A DNA stretch of 64,000 bases from Blasia pusilla (Eukaryota), in assembly GCA_050084515.1 (NCBI GenBank), contig CM114271.1:11470001-11534000 (forward strand), in the 5' to 3' direction. Of the stretch, positions 25,401 to 37,307 are shown in pieces. The notes under the pieces were generated by a model. It was not told the origin of the DNA. It saw nothing but the letters and a program-made list of their open reading frames with translations, and did not search any database. Both the position numbers and the translations under genes were made by a program. How positions within the stretch are numbered: position 1 is the stretch's first letter; every line of letters begins with the position of its first letter.

Positions 25401-27278
25401 GGATTGCATTCAGATTTGCTAATGCCTGGTAAGCAAACCTTCGGAGTCCGACGGGTTGCTCGATAGCCCGCCTTGTGAGGATGTTTTTTGAAGAATGCAA
25501 CTCGTCGGACTCTGACGAGTTGTTCGAGTGATTGCAGGTTTAGAAGGTTTTTTCCCCAAAGCAACCCGTTGGAGTCCGACGGGTTGCTTGCCTCGAAGCT
25601 GTTTTTTCCCCAAAGCAACCCGTCGGAGTCCGACAGGTTGCTTGCCTCGAAGCTGTTTTTTCCCCATATCAACTCGTCGGAGTCCGACAGGTTGATTTCG
25701 GCCAAAAACAGTTTCGAGGCAAGCAACCCGTCGGACTCCGACGGGTTGCTTTGGGGGAAAAACCTTCTAAACCTGCAATCACTCAAACAACTCGTCAGAG
25801 TCCGACGAGTTGCATTCTTCAAAAACATCCTCACAAGGCGGCTTTGTCGAGCAACCCGTCGGACTCCGGACGGTTTGCTTTGGGCCAAAAACTAGTTAAA
25901 TCTATGTTCAATCAAACAAGTCGCCGGAGTCCGGCGAGTTGCAATCTTAAAAAACATCCAAAAGCGTGCGATCCGAACAACCCGTCGAGTCCGGCGAGTT
26001 GCTTTCGGCAAAAACAAACCTAACCCATTCATCAATCGAGCAACTCGCCGGAGTCCGACGAGTTGCGAAAAAGTGTTAAAGATACTCACGTGTTCATGGC
26101 ATGCATTGCCATCTCCACCGTCGCCATGTGATGAGGGTATGGGTGAAGGACCACCGCCTTCACGCAGAAATGTGCCTCAATGAGTTGGGCGGCTCCTCCA
26201 AACTTGGTCCACGCCATGAACCTGTGATTTCCATCCCGGATGAAGAAATGCGATTCCTCATCCGGCTGAATTCCGTGCCCTCAACTTGCCTTCTGAAGTC
26301 TTGGTCTCGCATCCTCCAGAATGTGTCGAGCTTTTCCAAGTCCTCCTCGGTAACCAGAGCTTGGGTTCCATGCTCGTCGTAAGGCTGAACATAGAAGGGA
26401 GGAAAGCTGTCGACGTAGGATGTTGTCGCCGCCGATTGTTTTAGCTTCGCGATGTCCTCGTCGGACTGAATTTCGCGGACGTATTCCATTGTCCACAATC
26501 GGCATAGTGGAATCCTCGGGGCATTGTGGCCCTCCATGAGTGCCATCTGCTTTACCACCTGTCAGAAACCGGGACAAGAGGAATAAGCTACACTGAAATC
26601 CCAATGAATTGCAATTCACATAATTAAAAAAACCCAGAACCTCTCTTACCCGCTCGAAAATGGGGTCGGTTTCTTGACCAGCTAACTTGTCTGAGACAGA
26701 GGCTGGAAAATCGACTAGGAACTCGTCGATCAGATAGAGGTCGATGTCCTCCGCTGGGCTTGGAGTCGAGAATGACCGCTCTCCGGCTTCTTCGGCCATG
26801 TCCACCATCTCCACGCTGGCGGTCCTCATGACCTCGTCGTCATCGATTTCAACTTCTATTGTTTCCACTATGTTGATTGTGTCCCCGACTTCGTGGGGGA
26901 CATTTACCGCATCTCAACACTTGCGGTTGGACGGGCTGGGCTATCGTCAATGGCTATCGCTTTTTCCCTCCTCGCTTTAGCCAATTCTTCCCTCCTCACC
27001 GACGCGTCCAGACGCTTCTTTTCTCTCTTTTCGTCGGCAATCCTTTTCTTCAAGGCCTGCAACGTCTCGGCCTCTGCGTTCTGTTTATCTAGCGCCTCTT
27101 GAACACGTCTCGCAAGAAGCACTTGGTTGTGCATCTCCGCTTCCCTTTCCCGCTCCTCGATTTCCTGCTGCCTAATTTCATTCGCCGAACGAGGCCCAGG
27201 AGAAGCTGACGTAGGAGTCCTAATGGACTTCGGAGTGAAGCTCCCAGACTTGTTGGCTTGTGATTTTTTCCTCGTCAT
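22406..27278 (-). pseudogene. E2 gene B: ParB/Srx-like domain plus beta-class amino-methyltransferase-like domain; three exons (27278-26090, 25270-~23275, 22732-22406)
   Basis: DGNHRFMAW at ~26211-26240; VDLLIADLPSG and YLSDRGCFLVL (ORF 23235-23759); LVGLSGASIRGAWQSDRNILCLE (22406-22732). Palindrome-filled introns sit at the same positions in other copies; the intron 2 donor is mutated here but is GT in E3. Confidence 0.65.
25310..26070. repeat. Array of 27-bp palindromes (GCAACCCGTCGGAnTCCGACGGGTTGC) in gene B intron 1
   Basis: Perfect copy at 25723-25749 and many variants. Similar clusters at ~9260-9960, 10950-11880, 19080-19440, 22810-23190, 27650-28010, 31670-31930, 48980-49380, 50370-50950 and 53770-54150. 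Confidence 0.95.
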
Positions 27279-27552
27279 TTTTGCCGGAAATGCCTCCACC
27301 TATGTCCACGAAGAATTCCTTGATCAATCGCCTAGTTGATGTCGAGATGGGAGCTCGAATCGCCTTGATGGTTAGCTCGAATCGTCCCGTTATCGCTCGG
27401 TCGAACCGTCTCGCTCTCGTTCCCTCCTATCGACTCGCGATGTGTCGCCGTGTGAAATGCCCTTCAGATCGATCGATCGGCCGCTGCTGGAGAGTGAGGA
27501 GTGAGGAATGAAGATCGCGAAATGAGAAACCAGAAATGAGCGATTTCTGCCC

Positions 27553-28350
27553 TATTTATACTTTTCTAGCCGTTGGGCTGACCGTTGGGTCCCGTCGTCC
27601 TTTCGACGGCGACGTGCCGGATGTTACGGAAGTCCGGACGTGAAAATGGCAACCCGTTGGAGTGCGATAGGTTGCGCGGCTCCGCCATCCTGGGTACGTC
27701 GCCACGTGCGCGAGCAACCCGTCGGAGACCGACGGGTTGAGCGCCTCCGTCATCTTCGGAAAAGAACGCGAGGTACACGCGCAACCCATCGGAGACCGAC
27801 ATGTTGCGCGCCTCCGCCATCCAGGGTACGTCGCCACGTGCACGAGCAACCCGTCGGAGACCGACGGGTTGAGCACCTCCGTCGTCTTCGGTAAACAACA
27901 CGAGGTACCCGTGCAACCCGTCGGAGACCGACATGTTGCGCGCCTGTGCCGTGTTTGGGACGGGAACGGGACGTATCTTGGGCAATCCGTCGGAGACCGT
28001 TAGGTTGCACGCTTCCCTCATCAAGGGTTAGGAACGAGGGCTTCCCGTGCAAGTCGTTGAAGAGTGTGGAACAGACGGTTTGCACCACTGGCGTAAGGCC
28101 GGTTAGCCGGGTAATTTCCGACAAGTTACCAAGACTCCTGAGTTACCAAGACGGGTTCCAAGTGTGATCGCAACCCTCTCGCTTCCCAAATCCGGTAACA
28201 TATTGCAACAAAATTGAATGTGTTCTGGAATTGGATCCATTTTGTCAGACAATGTCACCCACCGAATTCATCGTGTCAGTAAAAATCTGTCAGGAGTATC
28301 TGTTTCCTACTCACTATAAATTAAATATTCTCATTCTCATTCTCATTCTC
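27553..28350. promoter_or_regulatory. Putative divergent promoter between genes B and A
   Basis: TATAAATA on minus (27560-27553) and TATAAAT on plus (28315-21) followed by (TTCTCA)n. Both are conserved in E1 (~7767, ~11973). A palindrome array lies between them. Confidence 0.6.
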
Positions 28351-28378
28351 AGTCTCCTCCCGTTGAAATCTTCTTGGA

Positions 28379-31300
28379 ATGGATAATTATGTTAAGCTCA
28401 CTTGTGGCGATCATCGCGGCCCTTCGCCAATCGGAAATCATTCGACCCCAAGCTCGTGAGTCTTTCATAGCAAAGATGGATGAAAATTTTACATCATTCG
28501 ATTTCTTCTTCAAATTGGAACCATCTTTGTATCCAAAGATGTTAGGGTGGACGGTACGGAAGACATAATAGGTGAGACGGTCCAGCCAGTGACCTCAGAC
28601 CGTAAAGTATGGAATCTCCTACCTCTACCAAACGATCAATACAGAGTTTACGGCCTGCCCTTGAATTCGTCTGTTTCCCAAGTAGATGGTCTAGAATTTC
28701 CTAGTGCTCCGAGCTCTACGTTTGCAACTCCAAGCTCTGCAGATCCGGCTTCGACTCCAACTTCGTACGCTTGTAACAATGTTGTTTTTCCAAAAGAGAT
28801 TCCGGATGTTATCAACCTCAGTGGATCTGTCGGGCACCAATCGGGCCCTCTCTCCGCCCACTCGTTCCTCTTGCGAGTATCAGGCAATAGTTTGCTTTCG
28901 TCTCTGCCCTTGAAAATGTTCAAGCACATTCTTGTCGCATTTGCCGCCCACGTACGATGGTAATTGCATTTTTGAGTTGCCTCCACTTGCTGCTCCTGCT
29001 CAAAAGAAGGATGGAGGACCCTGAAGGGTATGGACAGAAAGTCTTATTGTCATCGATGGTGCAGGCTTCAACAGACCAGTGCTTCAATTCCAGATGGTCC
29101 TTGGATTGTCTCCCGCCGCCAATGCGTGGGAGCCTTGGAGTGTAGAAGTCCAGCATGCCCGTATCTAGAGCGCAACGGGCGAGTCAATACGTCGCAATTC
29201 CCTCCCAAGAATGCAGAAACTCCATACGAGGTCGGTGCCACCATACCACCGGGAGGCCATCGATGTCCTCATTGTCAGGCATCACCCTTCTGCGTTGGAG
29301 CGTGTCATGCATACATATTTTTCATTGTCCACGACTTGGGCTCCACGTCAGAGTATACAAGGCTGGCAGTTCATGTTGGCTCCCACACTCATCCTGTGAC
29401 CGATGCAATTCAAAGACACATCAAGGAGGATGTGGCGAAGAAAGTAGCCGTGGTCTACAATAACTCTCCGGGTTCAAAGCGCGGAGTGATCAAGCTCACA
29501 ACGGCATCATAAATGTGTGAACAATTGCTTGGACAGGGCGAGATCACGGCGGTTGAGGAGAAACAACTCTGGGAAAATCTCGCATTTCTCGCTGATCCTG
29601 AATGCTTCTGGAATTTTTTGCGTCAGATACGAGTTCTGTATGGAAAGACGGCCGAAATGGATGCCATCGCCAGAATCAAGGCCAACTCCAGATTTCCATT
29701 CATTCAGAGATGGGAGTTCATGGGCCAAGGAGGCGAGGGATCCAGGGCCTATGTCTTCAAAATGTCAACCACAGGTCCGTCGAGTGGCCTCGATCTTATA
29801 GATCGAATGAGGGAATGTAATGTCTAAGTGTTTCCTATTTACAGTCAATTGTAGAGTTCGATCCCCAAGAGGATCATTGTTGGATAAAAAGAGAGTATAA
29901 AGTGATGATTATGTGGTAAAAGTGTAATTGATTATGTAATTCAAATGTAATATTCCAGTAACATCTTCCGATCCTTTTTAGTACCTATGTTTTCTTCTTC
30001 AATTCTCTCGAGTGGAGTTTAAAGTATGCTTAGGAAATTTGTTCTCTCGACATCTCGGAACCTCACAGAGACCTCAAGAATAAAGCTCGCTTCTCCTACT
30101 TTGGAACTCAATCCGTCGGGGCAGGTTACTCTCTGTCAAACAGATTTCATACAACTTTATGTTGATTATTCCATTGATGAGAAAGGTTCGCCTGATTCAC
30201 TCTTCACTCGGCAGACCCAAAAAGAATATTCAGACATAAGCATCGCACATCAGAATGAATGAATGAATGCTTTAATACTCCATCAAGAATTGGAAGACTT
30301 CAAAGTATATACAAGCTCGAGAGGGTACAACTCTCTTGCTCGGACCATTCCTACAGCATAAGGACTTCATGAGCGAATGATAATAATAGCTTTTGTCCTG
30401 TTTCTTAAATATTCTCGAGAGTAGGAGCGTTTCTATGATCCAAAGCGTTCTTGATGAAGTTGGTGTCTCTTCAATATCTGTAACTACCTAGATGTATGGT
30501 TCTCTTAGCTTTTCCTACGACCCCTGTGAATCCGCGGTACAAAATTGTTCTAACTACCAATTTGATACAAAGGGTCGCGCCCTTTCCTAGTCTAATTGTT
30601 TAAACTATGTGTCGGTTCGAATCACAATCATGCTGAGCTTCGCTGTGCTAAATTTCCGGAGGACGGAGTTCTTCATTCTTCTTCGTCTTCGTGCTTCGTG
30701 CTTCGTACTTCGGTCAAGAGCGAAGTACTTTGTATATAGAGCTTCGTTGAGCTTCGTTAGACTTTGTTAAGCTTCGCGTTGATCCTTTATACTTCGTTAG
30801 AGCTTTTGATTCTCCTCTAAGGCAAATCCTTGATCTTCCATCTCTCTGCCTTGTCTTAAGAGCTTGGTGATTCACTTATTCTTCTTCATAATAATAAATA
30901 ATCATAATCAAAATCATAATATACAAGAGTCTTCGTTGAATAAAAAGATATATTCTTCAAGATTACAAAATTGTGGGTATCATAGGGAAGGGGAAGATCT
31001 TTACGGGAGCTGGGTAAGCTTTGATATTTGCTACAGAGTGTTGAACGGATGGTTGACGATGGGTGCTCACGTTTATGACCATGTGGAGAAGGGACTCAAA
31101 ACTATATTTTTCGTGAAGTAAAGGCGTAAGACGTTGGCGGTTTGAAGATGTCTTTGGTTACTCTTACTGGAGGTGGTGAAGGAAAACAAAAGGCCACCTC
31201 CGGAAATTTATGGGTTCATGGCGGACAATGCACAACCTGGGTGGATTGCTATACGGGAAGTGTTCTGGGGTGGAGAGGTTCAACCGGAGAGGGAAAGGTC

Positions 31301-33493
31301 GGATGCTTTCAATTGGCAACTGTCTTTGACCCGGTACACCAAATCTTGCATCAAGGAGAATAAGAGGACAGAGCATGTCACTCTACTCCAACATTGCAAG
31401 GACAGCAAAACCTTGAAGCAGGCCATGGAATGCCAGGAAGAACTTCATGGGTGGTGGAGGAAGCATGCGATTGAGGGGAAGTACAAAGAGTTGTGCTCTT
31501 GGTTGAGTTGGTGGACTGTACGTATGAGACAATGGGAAAACTTCATGCGGCAGGTGAGTTCACTATTTTGTCTTGTCAAGCTCACGCTGAGAATTGTTTG
31601 TAAAGTTGTAGCTCAGGATGAGAAGCGTGGGAATTATATGGATTTCAAACCCAAGAAACCAAGCAAGCTGTCGGATGCGACGAGTTTCCCGAGTGTGCAA
31701 CCCGACGGAAACCGACGAGTTGCATCCAGATGTTTGGTGCAACCCGAGTGTGCAACCCGTCGGGACCCGACGGGTCACAGAGTCGTTCATGGGATGCATC
31801 GGCCTTGTAACCCGTCGGGTTCCAACGGGTTGCAGTAGGTGGGTTTAAGGTTACAACACGTCGGGACCCGACGGGTCGTAGAGTCCTTCATGGGATGCCT
31901 CGGGCCTGCAACCCGTCTGGTTCCGACAGGTCGCTTATTTCTTTGACTCCTGTGTTATTTTCGTTCCCTTCTAACATTGCCGTCGTTGCAGGGATTGAAC
32001 GTTCATGAAAATGCCCTCTGCCCCAACACAAGTGGAGCAGAAAGTGTTCATTCCTCTTGGAGGTTGTCACAAGCATGCCAACGAATTTCACTTGTGGAGG
32101 CATGCCAACAAGACCACGCAAGAGCAATGCTACAGTCTGCAGCATCCCATATCTTTCTCACAAAAGGCATAACAAAAGGAAAAGGACCGTCGATCTACGA
32201 GCTCTATGTCAGGGCGGCTGTGAGATCTGGTGATGAAAAATTGTATGTTGAAGCCTTCAACCGGTGCGTAGCTGGAACTCCACTCGAGCAAGACGTACAC
32301 ATAGGTGGGGATATTCGTGGGCGGGTTTCAAGGCGTCCCATACTGAGATGGTGGTAGAGCGATCGAACGAGACTCGTGGAGACTAGATAAGTATCTTGAC
32401 TTCAGGCAGGTGAAGAGGCAGCATCGAGGAACGAATCTGGTGATTGATTTGGATGAGGAAATTACACCGCCCAGGTATTCGGGGACCCTGGACCCGTCCC
32501 AAATCCATGATGGAGTTACTTCTCCAAAATCAGTGAATGTTTTATTTCAAAGCCCTCCGTTCTTTGGAAGTTCGCAACATCACATCCAGGGTGGTTCAAC
32601 AATATGGGATTGCGGTAATGGAGGTGGATTGCAACCTAAAACGGTGGCATATATCTCGGAGCAACCCAGGACGTGGACCCACTTGCAAGGCAGGATCTGA
32701 TGGCATTAGGAGAGCATGCGGCACTTTCCTAAATAAGAATTGTACAAGGACTGGACGACCTCTGCCTGGGTTTTGGGGACTCAAAACCTTTGATCGTTTC
32801 ACGAGGACCGGGGATCAATTGAAGTACTTCTTCTCCCAAATGAATCTTGCGCTTTCCGGAAGTCTTATCCGGCTGCCATTGGAGCTCTTGGGAATACCCC
32901 CACGATTTGGCCCATCGCGCCATGAGCAAGGCGCACTCAAGACGAAGTGGACAATCTTACAAGTCTTTGGTTTTGAGACTCATAGACAGTGAAGTTTGAG
33001 CATGTTAGCATTCTGAGAGACCTTTGCATTTCGTATTCAACCCAAGATTGATGTCAACATGTACCCAGAGAAGGTGGATGATCTCAATCCATTATTTTTG
33101 TTTGAGTCTAGAAATGGGGTGAAGAGAAACAGAATGTGTAGGCGAACTGTGGAGAGACCAAAGCGAATTGCATCAGCTCGGGAGGAAAAAATGGAGATCA
33201 TTGCCACGAAAGATGTCTTGAGTGGCAATGGAATAGGAAGGATGTATTGGGTCATGAACAACATTGTAAATTCAAGTGTCACAAGGGTGTATGTGATGCA
33301 CATCTGTTGCTTTCCCACATGTTCATGTGATGACTTTGTCCAAAGAGAGACAAGTGGCAAAAGGTATTTCCCTTGTAAGCACATGTACTATGTGTTGCTG
33401 GTAGTTTTAAGAGAGTCAGAGGTAGGAGTAGGAATCCACCAACCAATTCTGTCCCTCAAAGAAGTTCGAAGTATTTTAAACAAACCACTTTGA
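28379..33493 (+). pseudogene. E2 gene A: GCM-like, MULE DDE transposase and SWIM
   Basis: QCVGALECRSPACPY..CPHC..CHA..HVGSHTHP; WVSFD; FMADNA; NTSGAESVHSSW; CSCDDFVQRETSGKRYFPCKH. Intron 31554-31991. Interrupted by a solo LTR. Confidence 0.85.
29816..30984 (-). mobile_element. Solo LTR (TGTGATACC..CATTACA family)
   Basis: TSD GGGAA (29811-15 and 30985-89). Homologous to 37308-38583, 44068-46263 and 47666-48937. Confidence 0.85.
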
Positions 33494-34734
33494 GGATGCA
33501 AAATGAGGTTTTAGATTGTACTTTTATTTTTCTCTCAACCTTCACTTCGAGCTTGAACTCTATTCAGCCCCGGGAAAATGACATATTTTTTCCACACCTT
33601 GGATGGAAAAAGTGATTGGTTCCACACTTATGATTCCACTGATTTTTCAGTTTTCTAAATTTTGTGCAATTTGCAACTTGTCGGACTCAGAGGGGGTTGC
33701 CAAAATATGGAAGAGGAAAAAAAAAACTGTGGGACTGCTTAATATATGAACAAAAAAGTGCAAAAAATTTCAAACAAAAATTTTCCTCTCTTCAAGCCAA
33801 CGGAAACTCTCTTCAAAAAAACGTATCTATTTCGGTTGACCCTAGTTTCCTCTCTCCTCTCTCCTCTCTCCTCTCTTCCTCTCTTCCTCTCTTCCTCTCC
33901 TCTTACTGCACCTCGAGAAGGTGGATGATCTCAATCCACTATTTCTGTTTGAGTCTAGAAATGGAGTGAAGAGAAATAGAATATGTAGGCCAACGGTGGA
34001 GAGAGCAAAGCGAATTGCATCAGCTCGGGAGGCAAAAATGGAGATCATTGCCACAAAAGATGTCTTGAGTGGCAATGGAATAGGAAGGATGTATTGGGTC
34101 AGGAACAACACTGTAAATTCAAGTGTCACAAGGGTGTATGTGATGCACATCTGTTGCTTTCCCACATGCTCATGTGATGACTTTGTCCAAAGAGAGACAA
34201 GTGGCAAAAGGTATTTCCCTTGTAAGCACATGTACTATGTGTTGCTGGTAGTTTTAAGAGAGTCGGAGGTAGGAGTAGGAATCCACCAACCAATTCTGTC
34301 CCTCAAAGAAGTGCGAAGTATTTTAAACAAACCACTTTGAGGATGCAAAATGAGGTTTTAGATTGTACTTTCATTTTTCCAGAACCTTCACTTTGAGCTT
34401 GAACTCTATTGAGCCCAGGGCAAATGATAGATTTTTTCCAGACCTTGGATGGAAAAAGTGATTGGTTCCACACTTATGATTTCACTGATTTTTCAGTTTT
34501 CGAAATTTTGTGCAATTTGCAACCGGTTGGACTCAATGGGTTGCCAAAATATGGAAGAGGAAAAAAAAATGTGGGACTGCTTAATAACTGAGCAAAAAAG
34601 TGCAAAAAAATTCACACAAAAATTTTCCTCTCTTCAACGCAAGAGAAACTCTCTTTAAAAAAAAGTATATATTTCGGTTGAAGGTAGTTTCCTCCCTCCT
34701 CTCTTCCTCTCTTCCTCTCCTCTTACCGCACCTC

Positions 34735-36371
34735 AGTTGTAACCCATGCCCGAGTCAGCAAGATGGGACTGGAGCTCAATGGCATGGAGAGAGTGATGAA
34801 GAGTCAGTGCCAGGATGGCACGCGTCAGCCTATTTAGGCATGTTGGCTATGGAGAGCCAGAGTGTGGAGACTTCGATGGCGAGGTCTAGTGGAGAGTCCT
34901 TGGATCCCGAGGCCAGTGAGGAGACGACAGGTGGCCGAGATATTCATGATGATGGAGTAGTCTTGGAGTACCTTCGTACTCGCAGCGTTGCGAACACTGT
35001 GGATGCTAGAGAGCAAGATTGGATCCTACAGCGGGCCAGATGGTTCCGTTGGGAGGGGACACATGTTTTGAGGGTTTGGGAGGATGGTAGAGTGCGCGTA
35101 GTGCCGCAGCCTTTGGAGAGAGCACGACTAGTGCAGCATGCCCACGAGGAGTTGGGTCACTTTGGGGTGAAGCGGACGTACGGCTTGCTCCAGATTCAGT
35201 ATAAGTGGCGAGGCATGCAGATTGACGTTCAGCAGTTTGTTGCCAGGTGCATGGTGTGTGATCGGGTCCAAGCATCGTTTAATGCTACGACTCCATAGTT
35301 GCATCCATTACCGATCATGGGCTTAGGGTATAGATGGAGTTTGGATTTTGCAAGACCTTTGCCCTTGACGAAGCGTCACAGTCGTTATGTGTTGGTAATG
35401 GTCAAGCCTTCTCAAAGTAGATCGAGTTGGTTGCATTGCCTGACAAAGTGAGTGAGGGAGTAGCTTATGCCTTCCTTGACAGAGTGCTGAGTCATTATGG
35501 CGCACCGACTGAGGTGTTGACAGAGCAGGGTACCGAGTTTCGCAGTGAGTTCCTGGCCTTGTGTGATCAGGCGTTGATTGACCACCGCACGACTTTGCGA
35601 GATCATCCCGAGGCGTATGGATTAGCGGAGAGAGTTGTGCAGACGATGAAGAGGGGTTTATGCAAGTATGGCTTGTAGAGAGGTCACCTAGGAGATTGGG
35701 ACCTCTAGTTGCCGTAGTTGGCGATGGGATACAGATTCAACAGGCATGCATCCTTAGCGTCTTTTTCATCGTACTTGCTACTTTATGGCCGAGAGCCAAA
35801 TTTACTTGCAGCCATTTGTTGAGATGTTGGTGAGGTGTTGGACCTTGATGACCCAGATGTATGGATGCGAGCATGTTCTCAAAGGGCTGAGTTGTTTCGG
35901 AGAGAGATGCCCATGGCGTTTGAGAACTTGGCAATTGTGCAGCATCGGGATACGTTGGGATATGCGACTATTCGGGGTGGTGGTTATCAACCAACTATCA
36001 AGAGGTTTCATCATGGAGATTATGTCTAATTGCAGCAGACGGCACCGACAATGTTGGATGTGATTGCAGGGTGCACTATCTTGAGAGTGCGTGACGTTTC
36101 GCCATCCGATGTTCTCTTGCTAGAGGGACGCGATGGTATGGTATGGAAGGACCATGTGCGTAATTGTGCGCCATGTCACCTTCCTAACATTGATGGTACA
36201 GTAGATCTGAGCTCAGCATTAGTTCCTGCAGGCTTGCGTTGTATTTTGTGTGGTTCTGCTCGTGCTGCGGCCACGATGCTAATCTATGATGGATGTTCGA
36301 GAGGTTGGTATATGGCATGTCTAACACCACCTCTCATTAGGGTTCCTCGTGGACGATGGATGTGTCCCTGA
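34735..36371 (+). pseudogene. Gypsy integrase with C-terminal PHD finger (continuation of 3490-4228)
   Basis: HEELGHFG..CMVC zinc finger; WSLDFA and EVLTEQGTEF core; PHD-like CILCGS..DGCSRGWYMACLTPPL..PRGRWMCP. Confidence 0.88.
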
Positions 36372-36696
36372 TGTACATAGAGGAGATACTAGGTAGGTTT
36401 CGATTCCGACATTTTCTGTGACATGAATGATAGGAAGGCGACTAACAATGGGGCCACATGAGCACCCGGCCTTTCTGCTCTTAGCGTCTTAGAGATGTAT
36501 GTCGTGGTAGGTAGGGATAGATGGCTACCTCAAGTTAGAGGGACCTTACAACCAGCTAGGGTGGCGATTGGAAATATTTTTGTACTTCTCGTCTCTGTAT
36601 ATGGATGCCATGAGTTAGCATGGGATCGTGTGTATTTATGTGTGTGTTTGATGACAGCGATGTATGTTGTGTAGCGATGTATATGCGCACAACAAC

Positions 36697-37247
36697 TGTC
36701 ACGACTATTAGGATAGATCAGTGGGATCTAGCACAGCATCTGCACGAGTAGTGGAGGACAGGCCCAAGAGGTCAAGGATGAGCTGTTGAGGCCTCAAGAA
36801 ACCTGAGAGAGCAGGATTCCCCTTCGTTTCGGCTCATTTGGAGCCATATAGAGAAACTTACTATTTTGGGTAAGTTTCCATGTTGGGGATAGTTGAATTT
36901 CCACTTTGGGAAGTGGCCCTTGTTCCGCTACAGTAGGTCAAGAGCCAAGGAGAAGACCTGCGAGCATAGGTTCCCGTTGAGAGGGCTTGGGAGAGGGAAG
37001 GGGGTATACCTCCAAGAGAGAGAGCTTGAGAGATCATTCTCTCTTTGTTGAACCTCTTGGCATAAGGCGGCGGAGCTATGGTCCCTTGCCTAGTGAGTGT
37101 AACCCAAGCCTTTCATTAGGAGAATGGGTTTGGTTTGACATGAGAGAGAGTCCACACCTTTGAGAGCTATGGTGTAGAGAGAGATGGGATCTTACTTTAT
37201 TGGAGATATTTTGGTACTTCTCTTTTCTGAAACTCTCGAACATTACA
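36697..37247 (+). mobile_element. Putative LTR (TGTCACG..CATTACA) followed by the start of a PBS
   Basis: TG..CA ends, followed by the same short spacer and TTTTTGGCGCC seen after the opposite LTR. Confidence 0.5.
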
Positions 37248-37307
37248 TAGAGAACCAAAAACTTTTTGGCGCCCCGGAAACGGTGCCAAAAAGATTCTGG
37301 TTCTCTA

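Larger units (their letters stand above)
20590..33914 (+). mobile_element. Mutator-like transposon copy E2 (most complete, ~12.1 kb without the solo LTR), nested in E1
   Basis: Termini GGGGGCTGGTATT.. and ..TCTTACTGCACCTC. 9-bp TSD GAGAAGGTG at 20581-89 and 33915-23 splits the E1 frame MYPEKV|DDLNP. Confidence 0.92.
12048..34340 (+). pseudogene. E1 gene A: GCM-like Zn domain, MULE-type DDE transposase and SWIM finger, split by Copia and E2 (segments 12048-13197, 18106-20589, 33915-34340)
   Basis: QCVGALEC..C..HxGxHTHP; VSFD; FMAN/D; DAFH; NTSGAESVH (third acidic residue); SWIM CSCDDF..CKH. GT-AG intron 18984-19504. Confidence 0.8.
4229..34734 (+). mobile_element. Mutator-like DNA transposon copy E1 (outer, rearranged; contains a Copia element and E2)
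   Basis: Left terminus GGGGGCTGGTATT plus a GA-rich tract; right terminus ..CTCTCCTCTTACCGCACCTC. Flanking duplication AGTTGTAAC(C) at 4219-4228 and 34735-44 splits a Gypsy pol frame. Confidence 0.85.

Noticed and set aside
25361-26089. Overlapping ORFs rich in NPSDSDGL/ATRR repeats (also 10926-11914, 22748-23262, 27556-28167)
   Set aside because: Products of the stop-poor palindrome read in several frames; they lie in introns or intergenic DNA.
27649-28010. CRISPR-like array (27-bp palindromic repeats with ~38-42-bp spacers; also 10950-11560)
   Set aside because: Spacers are homologous to each other (alternating tandem duplicates), repeats are degenerate and dispersed, no cas genes are present, and the context is a eukaryotic transposon.
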